Assembly: GCF_000006765.1 (NCBI RefSeq)
Contig: NC_002516.2
Length of the DNA: 64,000 nt
Strand: one strand, 5' to 3'
DNA from: Pseudomonas aeruginosa PAO1
GTDB lineage: Bacteria > Pseudomonadota > Gammaproteobacteria > Pseudomonadales > Pseudomonadaceae
Part shown: positions 50,389 through 60,082 of the stretch, in pieces
Layout of the letters: the number at the start of each line of letters is the position of its first letter
How positions within the stretch are numbered: the stretch's first letter is position 1
The notes under the pieces: generated by a model
Seen by the model: the letters and a program-made list of their open reading frames with translations, nothing else
Database searches by the model: none
What the model was told of the DNA's origin: nothing
Program-made: the position numbers and the translations under genes

Positions 50389-51840
50389 TCAGCGCAGCGG
50401 CCGCCAGAGGGTGAAGGCTACCGGCGGCGTCCAGCCGCTGTTGGAGGTGTGCGCCTGCAGGCAGAGATAGCGCAGCCCCTCGTAGGTCACCCCATCGTCG
50501 ACCCGATAGGCCTGGTTCTCCCGCCATTGCGGGAATTGCGGATCCACCGCCCCGCCGCTGGTGCTGACCTCCAGGCCTTCGCTGGGCAGCGACTGGTTGC
50601 CCTGGGTATCGGTGGCGGTGACGAAATAGCTGTAGCGGGTGTCCGCCGTCAGGCCGCTGTCGGTGGAACCCAGCGCGGCGCTCTGGCCAACCATGGCGCC
50701 GTCGCGATAGAGGCTGTAGTAATCGATCGGACGCTGCCCGCTGGAGGCGTTCCAGGCCAGCACCAGGCTGGTCTCGCCGCGCTCCAGCAGACGCAGGCCC
50801 TGCGGCGCCGCCGGGCGCTGGTCGCCGCCCTCGCCGTCATGGATGAGGCTGGCGTAGCGCTTGCGGAACTCCCAGTTGTAGCGCTCGCCGCGCTTGTTCA
50901 GGCCATCGTCCCAGTTCACCGACCAGGTCATCAGGCCCTTGATCGCGTGACCGGCGGCTTCCAGGCGACGAAACGCGTTGCTCACCGCGGCGGGATCGAT
51001 CACGTAGCCGGTAGCCGCCGCATCGACGTTGCTCGGCAGGCCGATGGCCAGGCGCTGCGCCGGGATCCGCACGAAGTCGCGGCTGCCGGTGGCCAGGCTC
51101 TCGGTGAGGTAGTAGAGGAAGTCTTCTTTCATCGCGTCGTTGTTCTGCGCGATCCAGGCGCCCTTGCCGCCGTTCGCCTCCTGGACCCACAGGCCGTCGC
51201 CGCCCTGGTTGTAGTACTGCGGCGCGATGAAGTCGTAGACGCCTTCCAGGGCCTGCAGATAAGGCACGTACTTGCCGTTCTTGTGCAGATAGGGAAACTC
51301 CGGGGCCATGCTGACGATGAAGTGCTTGCCCTGCCCGGCGTAGTGCTCGCGCACCAGCTTGAGGGCCGCCGGCAGCACCCGCTGGTTGTCGGCCAGGTCG
51401 ATGGCGCTCTGCTCGAGGTCGATGTCCAGGCCGTCGAAACCGTAGGTTTCCACCAGACGGACGATCTCGGCGGCCAGCGCCTGCTCCTGCCCGGCGTGCA
51501 ACTCGATGTGCGCGTCGGCGCCCCCCAGCGAAATCAGCACCGCGCGGCCCTGGGCGTTGAGCACGCCGACCTGGCGGCGAAACTCCGCGTCGGACAGGTT
51601 GTATGGCTGGAAGGTCGGGATGCCGCGCCCTTTCATGAAGGCCACGGCGACCACGTTGTACTCGCTCGGCACGTCTTCCAGCGCGATGTTGGCGAACGAG
51701 CCCTGCTGGTAGCCGTCGGCGGCGCCGGCCGGCCAGTTGTGCCAGAAGCCCATGAGAATCTTCTTGCCGGCGATGCTCGGCATGGCCGCCGCGGCATCTT
51801 CGCGGGCCTGGTGCAACTGGGAAAAGTCGATCCTGATCAT
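50389..51840 (-). CDS. chiC: Chitinase C (GH18 + FnIII + chitin-binding domain)
   Basis: FDGLDIDLE (DxxDxDxE), FnIII YSYFVTATD, C-terminal WRENQAYRVDDGVTYEG...W module. Confidence 0.95.
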   Translation of the reverse strand: MIRIDFSQLHQAREDAAAAMPSIAGKKILMGFWHNWPAGAADGYQQGSFANIALEDVPSEYNVVAVAFMKGRGIPTFQPYNLSDAEFRRQVGVLNAQGRAVLISLGGADAHIELHAGQEQALAAEIVRLVETYGFDGLDIDLEQSAIDLADNQRVLPAALKLVREHYAGQGKHFIVSMAPEFPYLHKNGKYVPYLQALEGVYDFIAPQYYNQGGDGLWVQEANGGKGAWIAQNNDAMKEDFLYYLTESLATGSRDFVRIPAQRLAIGLPSNVDAAATGYVIDPAAVSNAFRRLEAAGHAIKGLMTWSVNWDDGLNKRGERYNWEFRKRYASLIHDGEGGDQRPAAPQGLRLLERGETSLVLAWNASSGQRPIDYYSLYRDGAMVGQSAALGSTDSGLTADTRYSYFVTATDTQGNQSLPSEGLEVSTSGGAVDPQFPQWRENQAYRVDDGVTYEGLRYLCLQAHTSNSGWTPPVAFTLWRPLR

Positions 51841-52012
51841 TTACCGCTCCTCGGATGAAGGTAGGAAACGCATCCGGAGGGGCTGTCCGACGAACCGCGC
51901 CGTGGCCGCCGCGAACGCTTAGAAAAAACAGGCGCGAGCGTCTACCACGGGGCATTCCGGCGTTTGTCGCGATCAGGGCGGGGGCATGGTTGCAGAGACG
52001 GCGGAAGGCTTC

Positions 52013-52032
52013 ACCTACCACAATTGGCAGAG
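52013..52032. promoter_or_regulatory. las/rhl box upstream of chiC
   Basis: ACCTACCACAATTGGCAGAG fits NNCT-N12-AGNN and resembles the lasB box. Confidence 0.7.
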
Positions 52033-52058
52033 CCGCGGCGGCGATGTCCGCGCCGGGT

Positions 52059-52601
52059 TCAACCGGCTTCGCTGAGTTCGGCGACCACCACTCCGGGAAG
52101 GTCTTTCAGCAGTGCCGGGGACAGCAGCAGCTTGGTCTCGCGGACCCCGGCGCCCATCACCACCAACGGCCGTTCGAAGACCGCCGCGTCGACCAGCAGC
52201 GGCATGCCTTCGGGCAAGCCGAACGCGGTGATGCCGCCGAACTGCATGCCGGTCAGCTCGGTGGCGACCTCGCGGGCGGCGAAGGACAGCCGGCGGGCCC
52301 CGAGCAGCGCCTTGACCGCGCCGTTCACGTCGAGCCGCCGCGAGCCCAGGTTGACCACCGCGGCATAGCCTTCGGCGCCGTCGCGCTTGTAGCGCAGGAC
52401 CAGGGTGTTGGCGCAGTCCTCCAGGCCAAAGCCGTAGCGTGCGCTGAACGCCGCGGTGTCGGAATGCTCGTCGGCGACGCGGAACACCACCAGCTCGGCG
52501 GAAGGCAGGCCGCGCGCGACCTGCTCCGGCAGATGGCGGTGGTAGTCGGCCGGGGCGACGGCGTCGAGCCGGTGGCGTTGGGTGTATTCGCGCAGAACCA
52601 T
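52059..52601 (-). CDS. YbaK/ProX-like aminoacyl-tRNA editing (deacylase) domain protein, 180 aa
   Basis: DTAAFSARYGFGLEDCANTLV, RRLSFA and TGMQFGGITAFG. Confidence 0.82.
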   Translation of the reverse strand: MVLREYTQRHRLDAVAPADYHRHLPEQVARGLPSAELVVFRVADEHSDTAAFSARYGFGLEDCANTLVLRYKRDGAEGYAAVVNLGSRRLDVNGAVKALLGARRLSFAAREVATELTGMQFGGITAFGLPEGMPLLVDAAVFERPLVVMGAGVRETKLLLSPALLKDLPGVVVAELSEAG

Positions 52602-52629
52602 GGGCAACCTCGAATGAAGACGGACGGCA

Positions 52630-52664
52630 CCGGCCCCTGCCGCCAGGCGGGCGGCAGGGGCCGG
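52630..52664 (-). terminator. 15-bp GC stem immediately after the ambE stop
   Basis: CCGGCCCCTGCCGCC / GGCGGCAGGGGCCGG with a 5-nt loop; no U-tract on the minus strand. Confidence 0.55.
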
Positions 52665-52668
52665 CGGT

Positions 52669-55600
52669 TCAGGTTGCCAGGTTCGCCGGCACGCCGCCAG
52701 GCACATCGGGCGCCAGGCGCTGCCGCAGGATCGCGCAGACCTCCTCCGCCGCCGTCACCACCAGGCCGTGGCCGCCGGCCAGGGTCTCCAGCTCGTAGCG
52801 GCTGGCGTGCCGCCGCCAGCCGTCGATGGCCACCCTGGAGACGCCCGGGTCCTGCTCGCCGAGGATCGCGGTGATCGGTATGGCCAGCGGCTCGCGCGGG
52901 CGGTAGCGATAGTCGGCGGCCAGGCGCGAATCGGCGCGCAGGGTGGCCAGGCTGATCTCGCGCAGCTCCGGGTCGTCGAGCACTTCCAGCGGCAGCACGT
53001 CGTACTCGCGCAGGGTTCGCAGCAACTCGGCGTCGCCCATCGCATGGAAGCGCGGGTATTCCAGGTCCGGCCCCGGAGCGCGGCTGCTGATCACGAACAA
53101 CTGCCTGGCGCGCAGGCCGTGCAGGCTTTCCAGGCGTGCCGCCAGTTCGTAGGCGAGCATGCCGCCGAGGCTGGCGCCGATCAGGGCGAACGGACGGTCG
53201 AGCAATGGCAGGAGCGCGTCGTCGATGGCACAGAGCATGGCCTCTACATCGGTGACGAATGGCTCGTCCTGGCGTTCCTGGCGCCCCGGATACTGGATCG
53301 CCAGCAGCTCCACGTCCGCCGGCAGGCGCGCGTCCCAACCACGGAAAGTGCCGGCGTTGCCGCCCGCGGGCGGCAGCGCGATCAGGCGCAGGCGCGGCTG
53401 CGCGCTCCCGCTGCGCTGCAACCACAGGGCCCGGGCGCGCTCGGTGGCGGGCGGCAACGGCGGCGCGTCGGCGGCATGGCAGCGGCGCACCACTTCGCGG
53501 GCATCCGGATCGCCCTGCAACAGCCCCAGGCTCAGTTGCCTGCCGGTCAGCCGGCGCAATTCGGCGATCGCCTGCACGCCCAGCAGCGAATGCCCGCCGG
53601 CGCTGGCGAAGCCCTGGTCGGCCGCCAGCGGCCGGCCGAGCACCCGGGACAACACCTTGAGCACCCGCCGCAGCTCCACGCTGTCCTCGGCCTGGGCCGC
53701 CGCGGGCGGCTGCACCGGGTCTCCGAGCAGCGCCAGCAACGCCTCGCGGTAGGCGCCGGCCAGTGCCTCGGCGCGCTCGGCGGGGAAACGTCCGGCGGCA
53801 TACTGGAAGCCCACCTCGAGGCGCTCGCCGGCCACCTCGAAGTCCACCGCCAGCGGCACGTCGACGTCCACCACCACCTGGTCGAGGATGCCGCCGTGCC
53901 TTACTCCCGCCGGCGCGGCGTCGTCCTGGTGGAAGTCGACGAAGTTGAACAGGCTGTCCAGGCGCAACTCGCGGTTGCGCCTGCGAATCGCCGCCAGCGG
54001 ATGGCGCCGATGTTCCAGGCTCGCGCGCTCGTAGTCGAATGCGCGACGGGCGCTGTCGAGCAGATCGACGGAAGCCGACAGCCGGCACGGCAGGGTGTTC
54101 AGGAACAGGCCGAGCAGGCGGTCCGCTCCCGGCTCCTCGGGGCGCCCGTGGCTGACGAAGCCGGTGACTACTTCATCGGCATCGCTGAAGCGGCACAACG
54201 CTCGGCCATGCGCCGCCAGCAACAACGAACGCAAGGGCAAGCCGCTGCGTTCGGCCAGGGCGCGCAAGCGCGACAGGCTGTCGGCCGGCACGTCCACGCG
54301 GACCGCCGCCATGCGCCGGGGTCCCTCCTCCGCCAGGCCGGGCAACGGCCGGTAGCGGGCGCCGGCCAGGTAGTCGAGCCAGAACAGCGCCGAGGCGGCG
54401 TTGGCCTCGGCCTCACGCTCCAGCGCCACGTAGTCGCGGAAGCCTACCGCGGGCGCTTCCGCTTCCCGCGCGACGACACCGGCGAGAAGGTCGGCGTAGA
54501 CCGCCAGCAGCTCGTCCACCAGGCTTTGCAGGCTCCAGCCGTCCAGCACGCTATGGTGTTCGGCGACGCCCAGGGCGAAGCGCCGCTCGTCCAGCGCCAG
54601 CGCGGCGAGGCGCACCAGCGGTGGGCGGCTCCAGTCGAACGGGGTGGCCTGCTCTTCCTCGATCCAGGCACGCAGGCGCAGGCGCCGTGTTTCCCCATCG
54701 AGGCCACACAGGTCGTGCACCGGCACCTCGGCGGCGACCGCCGTGGCCGGGTGGACCCATTGCAGGGGAACCTGGCCACCGTGCAGATCGAAGCCGGTAC
54801 GCAGGATCGCGTGGCGGCCGATCAGGATCGCCCAGGCGCGCGCCAGCAACTCGCCGTCCAGGCGTCCATGCACCTCGTGCAGGACGACGTTGTGCAACAG
54901 CCGTGGATCGCCGCTGGCCTCGCTTTGCAGGAGCATGCCCTGTTGCAGGCTGGTCATCGGATAGGCGTCGTCGAGCCCCTCCGGCAGGCGCTTGCGTTCC
55001 GCCGCCGACAACAGGGCGAACGGCTCCAGCGACTGCGGCGCCGAGGTCCCGAGCGCATCCGCCGGACTCGCCGGAGCGGCCAGCAGGCGCGCCAGTTCGC
55101 GGATGCTCTGGTGGTTGAACACGTCGCGCAGGGTAAAGGCAAGCCCCGCCTCGCGCGCCATGACCTGCATCTGGATCAGGCGGATGGAGTCGCCGCCGAC
55201 CTGGAAGAAATTGTCGCTGACGCCGATCGCCGGGCGTTTCAGCACGCTCTTCCAGATCTCCAGCAGGGCCGCCTCGGTGGCATTGGCCGGCGCTTCCAGG
55301 GTCTGCGCGGCCGCCTCGGCGGCCAGCGCCGCCAACAGCGCGCGACGGTCGAGCTTGCCTTCGGCGGTCAGCGGCAGGCGTTCGACCCGGGCGATCCGGC
55401 TCGGCAGCATGTAGGCCGGCAGGCGCGCCTCGAGGAAGCCACGCAGGGCCTGCTCGCTCAGCTCGCCGCCGAGGGCCGCGGCGGGGCGCGGCGCGAGCGC
55501 GCGCCAGTCGATGCGCTCAGCCAGCGACTCGGCATAGCCCGGGCGCACCGCGTAGCAGTTGTAACGGTCGGTACCCTCCAGCAGCGCGTCCTGACGGATG

Positions 55601-58600
55601 CTCACCTCGAAGCCATGGCGGCGCAGCAGGTCGCTCAAGGCATCGGCGCGGCCGGCGGTGGCACCGTCGCGCTTGTCATGGACCTCCAGGACGATCTGCC
55701 GGACCTTGGCCAGCGCCGCATCGTCGAGACCGAGCAGCACATCCATTTCCGCGCGCTGCACGTCGATCTTCAGCAGGTCGATACGCTCCAGGCCCAGTTC
55801 GCCGATCACCTGGTCGAGGCGGCGCAGGCGGCAGCGGTGGGCTTCGGCGCGCAGGCGGTCGTCGAGGATTTCGTCGATGTTGTCCAGCAGCAGGTTGGCC
55901 CCGCCCTCCTCGCCCTGGTTGCTCAGGTAGCGTCGGATGACGTCGCGTTCGCCGCTGGCGTCGGCGTACTCGGCGATCCCGGAGAAGGTCGAGTAGCCCG
56001 GATAGTAGGTGAAGGTTTCCTCACGCTCGGCGTCGGACAGACCGATGCCGAATACCTCGACCTGCGGTGCGTAGCGTCCGAGGTTGGCCTCCAGGCGCCG
56101 GCGGATCGGTGCCAGCGGCTCGAAGGCGACCACTCGCGCGCGCGGCGCGCGGCTGGCGATGTACAGCGAGAACAGGCCGATGTTGGCACCGACGTCGAGG
56201 ACCACCGCGTCCGGCGGCAGGACGATGCCGTCGCGGCTGTAGACCTCGTCGACGAAGATTTCCTGGTAGACGTACTCGGTTTCGTTGAGGTTCAGTCCGG
56301 CGACCCGGTGCCCGCTGGGCAGGTCGACTTCCAGCCAGGACTCGTCCGCGGTCTCCTCGGCGGCGGTGACGAAGGCGACGATCCGGCGATCCGCGCCCGG
56401 TTCGGCCGCATCGGCCTCGTCGGTGAGTACCGCCGCCTCGCCCACCGCCGGGTGTTCCAGCAACGCGCTGCGGATCTCGCCCAGTTCGATGCGGTAGCCG
56501 TTGATCTTCACCTGTTCGTCGATCCGCCCGAGGAACTCCAGGCAACCGTCGGCGCGCCAGCGCACCAGGTCGCCGCTGCGGTACAGGCGGCCGCTGCCCG
56601 GCCAGCCCTCCTCGACGAAGCGCCCGGCCGCCTCGCCGGCGTCGCCGGCATAGCCGCGCGCCACCCCGGCGCCGCCGATCCACAGTTCGCCGCTGGCGCC
56701 ACGGGTCTTGCGACGACCGAGGCCATCGACCACATGCAGATCGACGTTGGCCAGGGCGCGGCCGATGGTCGGCCGCGCATGCTCGGCGACCCGCGCCAGG
56801 CTGGCGTTCACCGTGGCTTCGGTAGGACCGTAGAGATTGAACACCTGGCAGCGGCGCCAGCCGGCGGCGACCTCCCAGGACGCTTCGTCGAAGCGCTCGC
56901 CCCCTACCAGGATGCGCCCGGGCAGCGCCGGGTGGGCATCGTCGAGGCCGGCCTGGAGCAGCAGGCGGAACAGCGACGGGGTGCAGTCGAGCACGTCGAT
57001 GCGCCGTTCTTCGAGGAACCCCAGCATCCGCTGCGGATCGCTGCGCACCTCCTGCGGCACCAGGACCAGGCAATGGCCGGAGAGCAACTGGAGAATCTGC
57101 TTGATCGAGGAGTCGAAGGAGAACGGCGCGTTGACCGTCACCCGCAGGCCCTCGCCCACCACGTTCGCGTATACCGTGCGCGCCAGGGCCTGGGACAGGT
57201 TGAGCGCGCTGGCGTGCTCGACCACCACGCCTTTGGGCTGGCCGCTGGTGCCCGAGGTGAAGATCATGTAGGCCGCATCGCGCCCGCCCGGCGCCGGCAG
57301 GCTCATGCCGCTGCCGGCAAGCGGCAGCGTCGACAGGTCCAGGCAGGCCCCGGCGAAGGCCTCGCGGGCGCGCCCGGCGCACTCGGCATCGGCAAGGGCG
57401 AAGACGATCCCGCCCGCTTCGCGCATCCGCTCCACCCGCGCCGCCGGAAACTCCGGATTGACCGGGGTGTACACCGCCGCCGCGCGCATCACCCCGAGCA
57501 GGGCGACGATCGCCTCGCGGTTGCGCCCGGTCATCACCGCCACCGCCTGGCCGGGCCGCACGCCGGCAGCCAGCAGCGCTTCGGCGACCGCTTCGCTGCG
57601 CGCGCGCAGCGTGGCGAAATCCAGGCTGCCGTGGGCATCCAGCAACGCCGGCGCCTGCGGCTGCAGGGCGGCGCGCAGATCGAACGCGGCCACCAGGGAT
57701 TCCACCGGCGCGGGCTCCACGCGCTCGCCCTGCCAGGCCTGGTAGCGCTCGCGCTCGGCCGCGCCGATCAACGGCAGCCCGGCCAGTGGCAGTTGCCTGT
57801 CGGCGGCGATGCTTTCCAGGCATTCGACCCAGGCGTCGAGCAAGCGCCCGGCCAGCGTTCCGTCATGGTCGCGACGGACCCGCAGGCTGGCCAGCCTGCC
57901 TTCGCCGTGGGGCAGCACCTGCAACTCGAGGAACCCGCCCAGCGGCGGCTGACGGCAATCCAGCTCGGCCACCCCGGCGCCATCCAGTTCGCCCGCCAGC
58001 CAGGCGAAGCCCAACTCGGCGAGCGGCCAGTCGGGGGCAAAGGGATCGCGCAGGGCCGCTGCCTCCTCCTGGGCGAGGATCGCCGCCTGGAGGGCGTCGA
58101 GCCGCTCGCCGACGCTGCCCGCGCGGACATTCTCCAGGCACAGCGGCGCGACCCCGGCGAACGGTCCGGCCAGCTCGGCGAACTCGTTGAACAGGCGCCC
58201 CGAGACCAGTCGCGCCATTTCCAGCGGGAGGCCCTCGTCGCCCTGGAACTGCCCGGCGACCTGGGTCCAGGCCAGCAGGGCGGCCGCCTCCGGCAAGCCG
58301 TTGGCGGCCAGGCGTTCGAGCAGCGCGCGCGGCAGCAGGCGCCGCGCCGTCCACTCGCCTTCGCCCAGGTCGTCCGCCAGCGCCAGCGGACTCTCCGCCG
58401 CAACGGCCGCCTGCTCTCGCCAGTAACCGCTGGCGCTTTCGCCGTCTTCGCCGGCCAGCGCCTCGTTGGCCCACTCGGAGAAATGCTGGAACAGCAGCGC
58501 CTCGTCTCCCTCGTCCGCGCTCGCCTGGCCGGCCGGCCCCAGGCCGCGGCGCAGCAGCGCCACCAGGCTGGCCGCATCGACGACGAACGCCGGCGCCGCC

Positions 58601-59043
58601 AGCAACAGCCCCTGGAGCGTCTCTCCGGCGGCGTCCAGCAGCAGGCCGAGCGCCAGTACCGGCTGGCCTTCCCCGCCCAGGGGCGAAGCGGCGAGACGCG
58701 CGCTTTCGCGCGCGAAGCGTCCGGCCCAGTCGCCGTCTCCCGGCAGGCGCTCGACCAGCAGATCGGCCGCGCGCCCATCCAGTACCTGCACCGGCAGGCT
58801 CATGCCCGGCATCGTCCGGTAGGCCACGCGCAGTTGCGCCTCGCCGTCCAGCGCCCGGCGCAGCCGCTCCAGCGTCGCCACGGGATCGGCCGGGGCGTGC
58901 AGGCGCACGCCGACAACCGTATTTTCCGGCCGCTCGGCATGGCGGCGCCAGGCGCGGGTCTGCAAGGGAGACAGCGGGAATCCTTCGAGCGCTTCGCTCG
59001 CGGCCGGTTGCACAGCGGATTGCAGGTCTTCTGACGCACTCAT
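52669..59043 (-). CDS. ambE: NRPS AmbE (A domain interrupted by MT, T, C, T, TE)
   Basis: FTSGTSGQPKG, DVGANIG, GGDS and GGHS carrier sites, HHSVLDG and GASLG; 2124 aa. Confidence 0.95.
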   Translation of the reverse strand: MSASEDLQSAVQPAASEALEGFPLSPLQTRAWRRHAERPENTVVGVRLHAPADPVATLERLRRALDGEAQLRVAYRTMPGMSLPVQVLDGRAADLLVERLPGDGDWAGRFARESARLAASPLGGEGQPVLALGLLLDAAGETLQGLLLAAPAFVVDAASLVALLRRGLGPAGQASADEGDEALLFQHFSEWANEALAGEDGESASGYWREQAAVAAESPLALADDLGEGEWTARRLLPRALLERLAANGLPEAAALLAWTQVAGQFQGDEGLPLEMARLVSGRLFNEFAELAGPFAGVAPLCLENVRAGSVGERLDALQAAILAQEEAAALRDPFAPDWPLAELGFAWLAGELDGAGVAELDCRQPPLGGFLELQVLPHGEGRLASLRVRRDHDGTLAGRLLDAWVECLESIAADRQLPLAGLPLIGAAERERYQAWQGERVEPAPVESLVAAFDLRAALQPQAPALLDAHGSLDFATLRARSEAVAEALLAAGVRPGQAVAVMTGRNREAIVALLGVMRAAAVYTPVNPEFPAARVERMREAGGIVFALADAECAGRAREAFAGACLDLSTLPLAGSGMSLPAPGGRDAAYMIFTSGTSGQPKGVVVEHASALNLSQALARTVYANVVGEGLRVTVNAPFSFDSSIKQILQLLSGHCLVLVPQEVRSDPQRMLGFLEERRIDVLDCTPSLFRLLLQAGLDDAHPALPGRILVGGERFDEASWEVAAGWRRCQVFNLYGPTEATVNASLARVAEHARPTIGRALANVDLHVVDGLGRRKTRGASGELWIGGAGVARGYAGDAGEAAGRFVEEGWPGSGRLYRSGDLVRWRADGCLEFLGRIDEQVKINGYRIELGEIRSALLEHPAVGEAAVLTDEADAAEPGADRRIVAFVTAAEETADESWLEVDLPSGHRVAGLNLNETEYVYQEIFVDEVYSRDGIVLPPDAVVLDVGANIGLFSLYIASRAPRARVVAFEPLAPIRRRLEANLGRYAPQVEVFGIGLSDAEREETFTYYPGYSTFSGIAEYADASGERDVIRRYLSNQGEEGGANLLLDNIDEILDDRLRAEAHRCRLRRLDQVIGELGLERIDLLKIDVQRAEMDVLLGLDDAALAKVRQIVLEVHDKRDGATAGRADALSDLLRRHGFEVSIRQDALLEGTDRYNCYAVRPGYAESLAERIDWRALAPRPAAALGGELSEQALRGFLEARLPAYMLPSRIARVERLPLTAEGKLDRRALLAALAAEAAAQTLEAPANATEAALLEIWKSVLKRPAIGVSDNFFQVGGDSIRLIQMQVMAREAGLAFTLRDVFNHQSIRELARLLAAPASPADALGTSAPQSLEPFALLSAAERKRLPEGLDDAYPMTSLQQGMLLQSEASGDPRLLHNVVLHEVHGRLDGELLARAWAILIGRHAILRTGFDLHGGQVPLQWVHPATAVAAEVPVHDLCGLDGETRRLRLRAWIEEEQATPFDWSRPPLVRLAALALDERRFALGVAEHHSVLDGWSLQSLVDELLAVYADLLAGVVAREAEAPAVGFRDYVALEREAEANAASALFWLDYLAGARYRPLPGLAEEGPRRMAAVRVDVPADSLSRLRALAERSGLPLRSLLLAAHGRALCRFSDADEVVTGFVSHGRPEEPGADRLLGLFLNTLPCRLSASVDLLDSARRAFDYERASLEHRRHPLAAIRRRNRELRLDSLFNFVDFHQDDAAPAGVRHGGILDQVVVDVDVPLAVDFEVAGERLEVGFQYAAGRFPAERAEALAGAYREALLALLGDPVQPPAAAQAEDSVELRRVLKVLSRVLGRPLAADQGFASAGGHSLLGVQAIAELRRLTGRQLSLGLLQGDPDAREVVRRCHAADAPPLPPATERARALWLQRSGSAQPRLRLIALPPAGGNAGTFRGWDARLPADVELLAIQYPGRQERQDEPFVTDVEAMLCAIDDALLPLLDRPFALIGASLGGMLAYELAARLESLHGLRARQLFVISSRAPGPDLEYPRFHAMGDAELLRTLREYDVLPLEVLDDPELREISLATLRADSRLAADYRYRPREPLAIPITAILGEQDPGVSRVAIDGWRRHASRYELETLAGGHGLVVTAAEEVCAILRQRLAPDVPGGVPANLAT

Positions 59044-59062
59044 GGCTATCCCTCGCACGGGT

Positions 59063-60082
59063 TCAGGGTTGGTGGACATGCAGGTCGGTCATCGCCACCA
59101 GCACCTTGCGCTCGCCGGTGTACGGCTCGCGGCCGTGGACGCTGATGAAGTTGTCGAGCATCAGGACATCGCCGCGCTCCCAGGCGAACGCGCGGGTTTC
59201 CTCGCGGTAGGCGGCGCGGATGGTGTCCAGCACCTCCGCCTCGATCGGGCTGCCGTCGCCGTAGTAGGCGTTGCGCGGCAGGCCCTGTTCGCCGACCTCG
59301 TCGAGCAAGGCCCGGGCCAGGGCCGGCGGCATGTTGGAGACATGGAACATGTGCGCGTGGTTGAACCACAGCGTCTCGCCGCTGAGCGGGTGGCGCACCA
59401 TCGCCTGGCGTACCTGGCGGGTATTCAGGCGCTGGTCGTCGAGCCAGGTCCATTGGGTACCGGTCTGCCGGCAGTAGGCCTCGACCTCGGCGCGACTGTC
59501 GGTCTGGAAGCCTTCCTGCCAGGTCAGGTCGATCTCCGGCCCGTAGTTGCGCACGTAGCACACCCCATGGCGGAGGAAGCGCTGCCTGATCGCCTCGGGT
59601 ATCCGAGCGCTGACCCGGCGCTCGTCGGCCAGGGGCGTGCGGCCCTGGGTGGCGGGCGGTGTCTGGCAGTAGAAGTGGATATAGCTCGGCCAGTTGTGCG
59701 AGTAGGACATCTCGTGGTGCGGCGGAATCCAGCCGTCCGGCGAGAACTCGGTGGAGGTGAACACCCGGTGCGCCACTTCCTGGCGTGCCGCCGCGCGCTC
59801 CAGGTAGTCGAGCATGTTCGGCGAAAAGCTTTGTACCGCCTGGGAGAAGCCCTCCGCTCCGTCTACCGCGAAGCCACGAAACAGGATGCCGCCATGCCGC
59901 AGCAGGCTGTCGCGCAGCCCTGCGCCGGCGGCGGCGATCCATTGCCGCAGGTCCATGCCCGGCTGGCGCGCGCGGACGATGCGCAGATAGTCGTTGGCCG
60001 GGTCGAGCAGGCTTTCCTCCACCAGGTCGCCGGCCGAGAGCTGCCGGGGGCGCAGGCGCGGCGCGCTGAACGAGGCGCTCAT
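59063..60082 (-). CDS. ambD: Fe(II)/2-OG oxygenase AmbD
   Basis: PHHEMSY (HxE) and DNFISVHGREP; 339 aa. Confidence 0.92.
   Translation of the reverse strand: MSASFSAPRLRPRQLSAGDLVEESLLDPANDYLRIVRARQPGMDLRQWIAAAGAGLRDSLLRHGGILFRGFAVDGAEGFSQAVQSFSPNMLDYLERAAARQEVAHRVFTSTEFSPDGWIPPHHEMSYSHNWPSYIHFYCQTPPATQGRTPLADERRVSARIPEAIRQRFLRHGVCYVRNYGPEIDLTWQEGFQTDSRAEVEAYCRQTGTQWTWLDDQRLNTRQVRQAMVRHPLSGETLWFNHAHMFHVSNMPPALARALLDEVGEQGLPRNAYYGDGSPIEAEVLDTIRAAYREETRAFAWERGDVLMLDNFISVHGREPYTGERKVLVAMTDLHVHQP

Noticed and set aside
52768-59034. 2088-aa plus-strand ORF and similar giant shadow ORFs (2986-5628, 10429-13092, 13598-15721, 38684-40789, 44854-47427)
   Set aside because: They lie antisense to well-supported genes. 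High-GC3 coding DNA lacks stops on the opposite strand, and the translations have no recognisable motifs.
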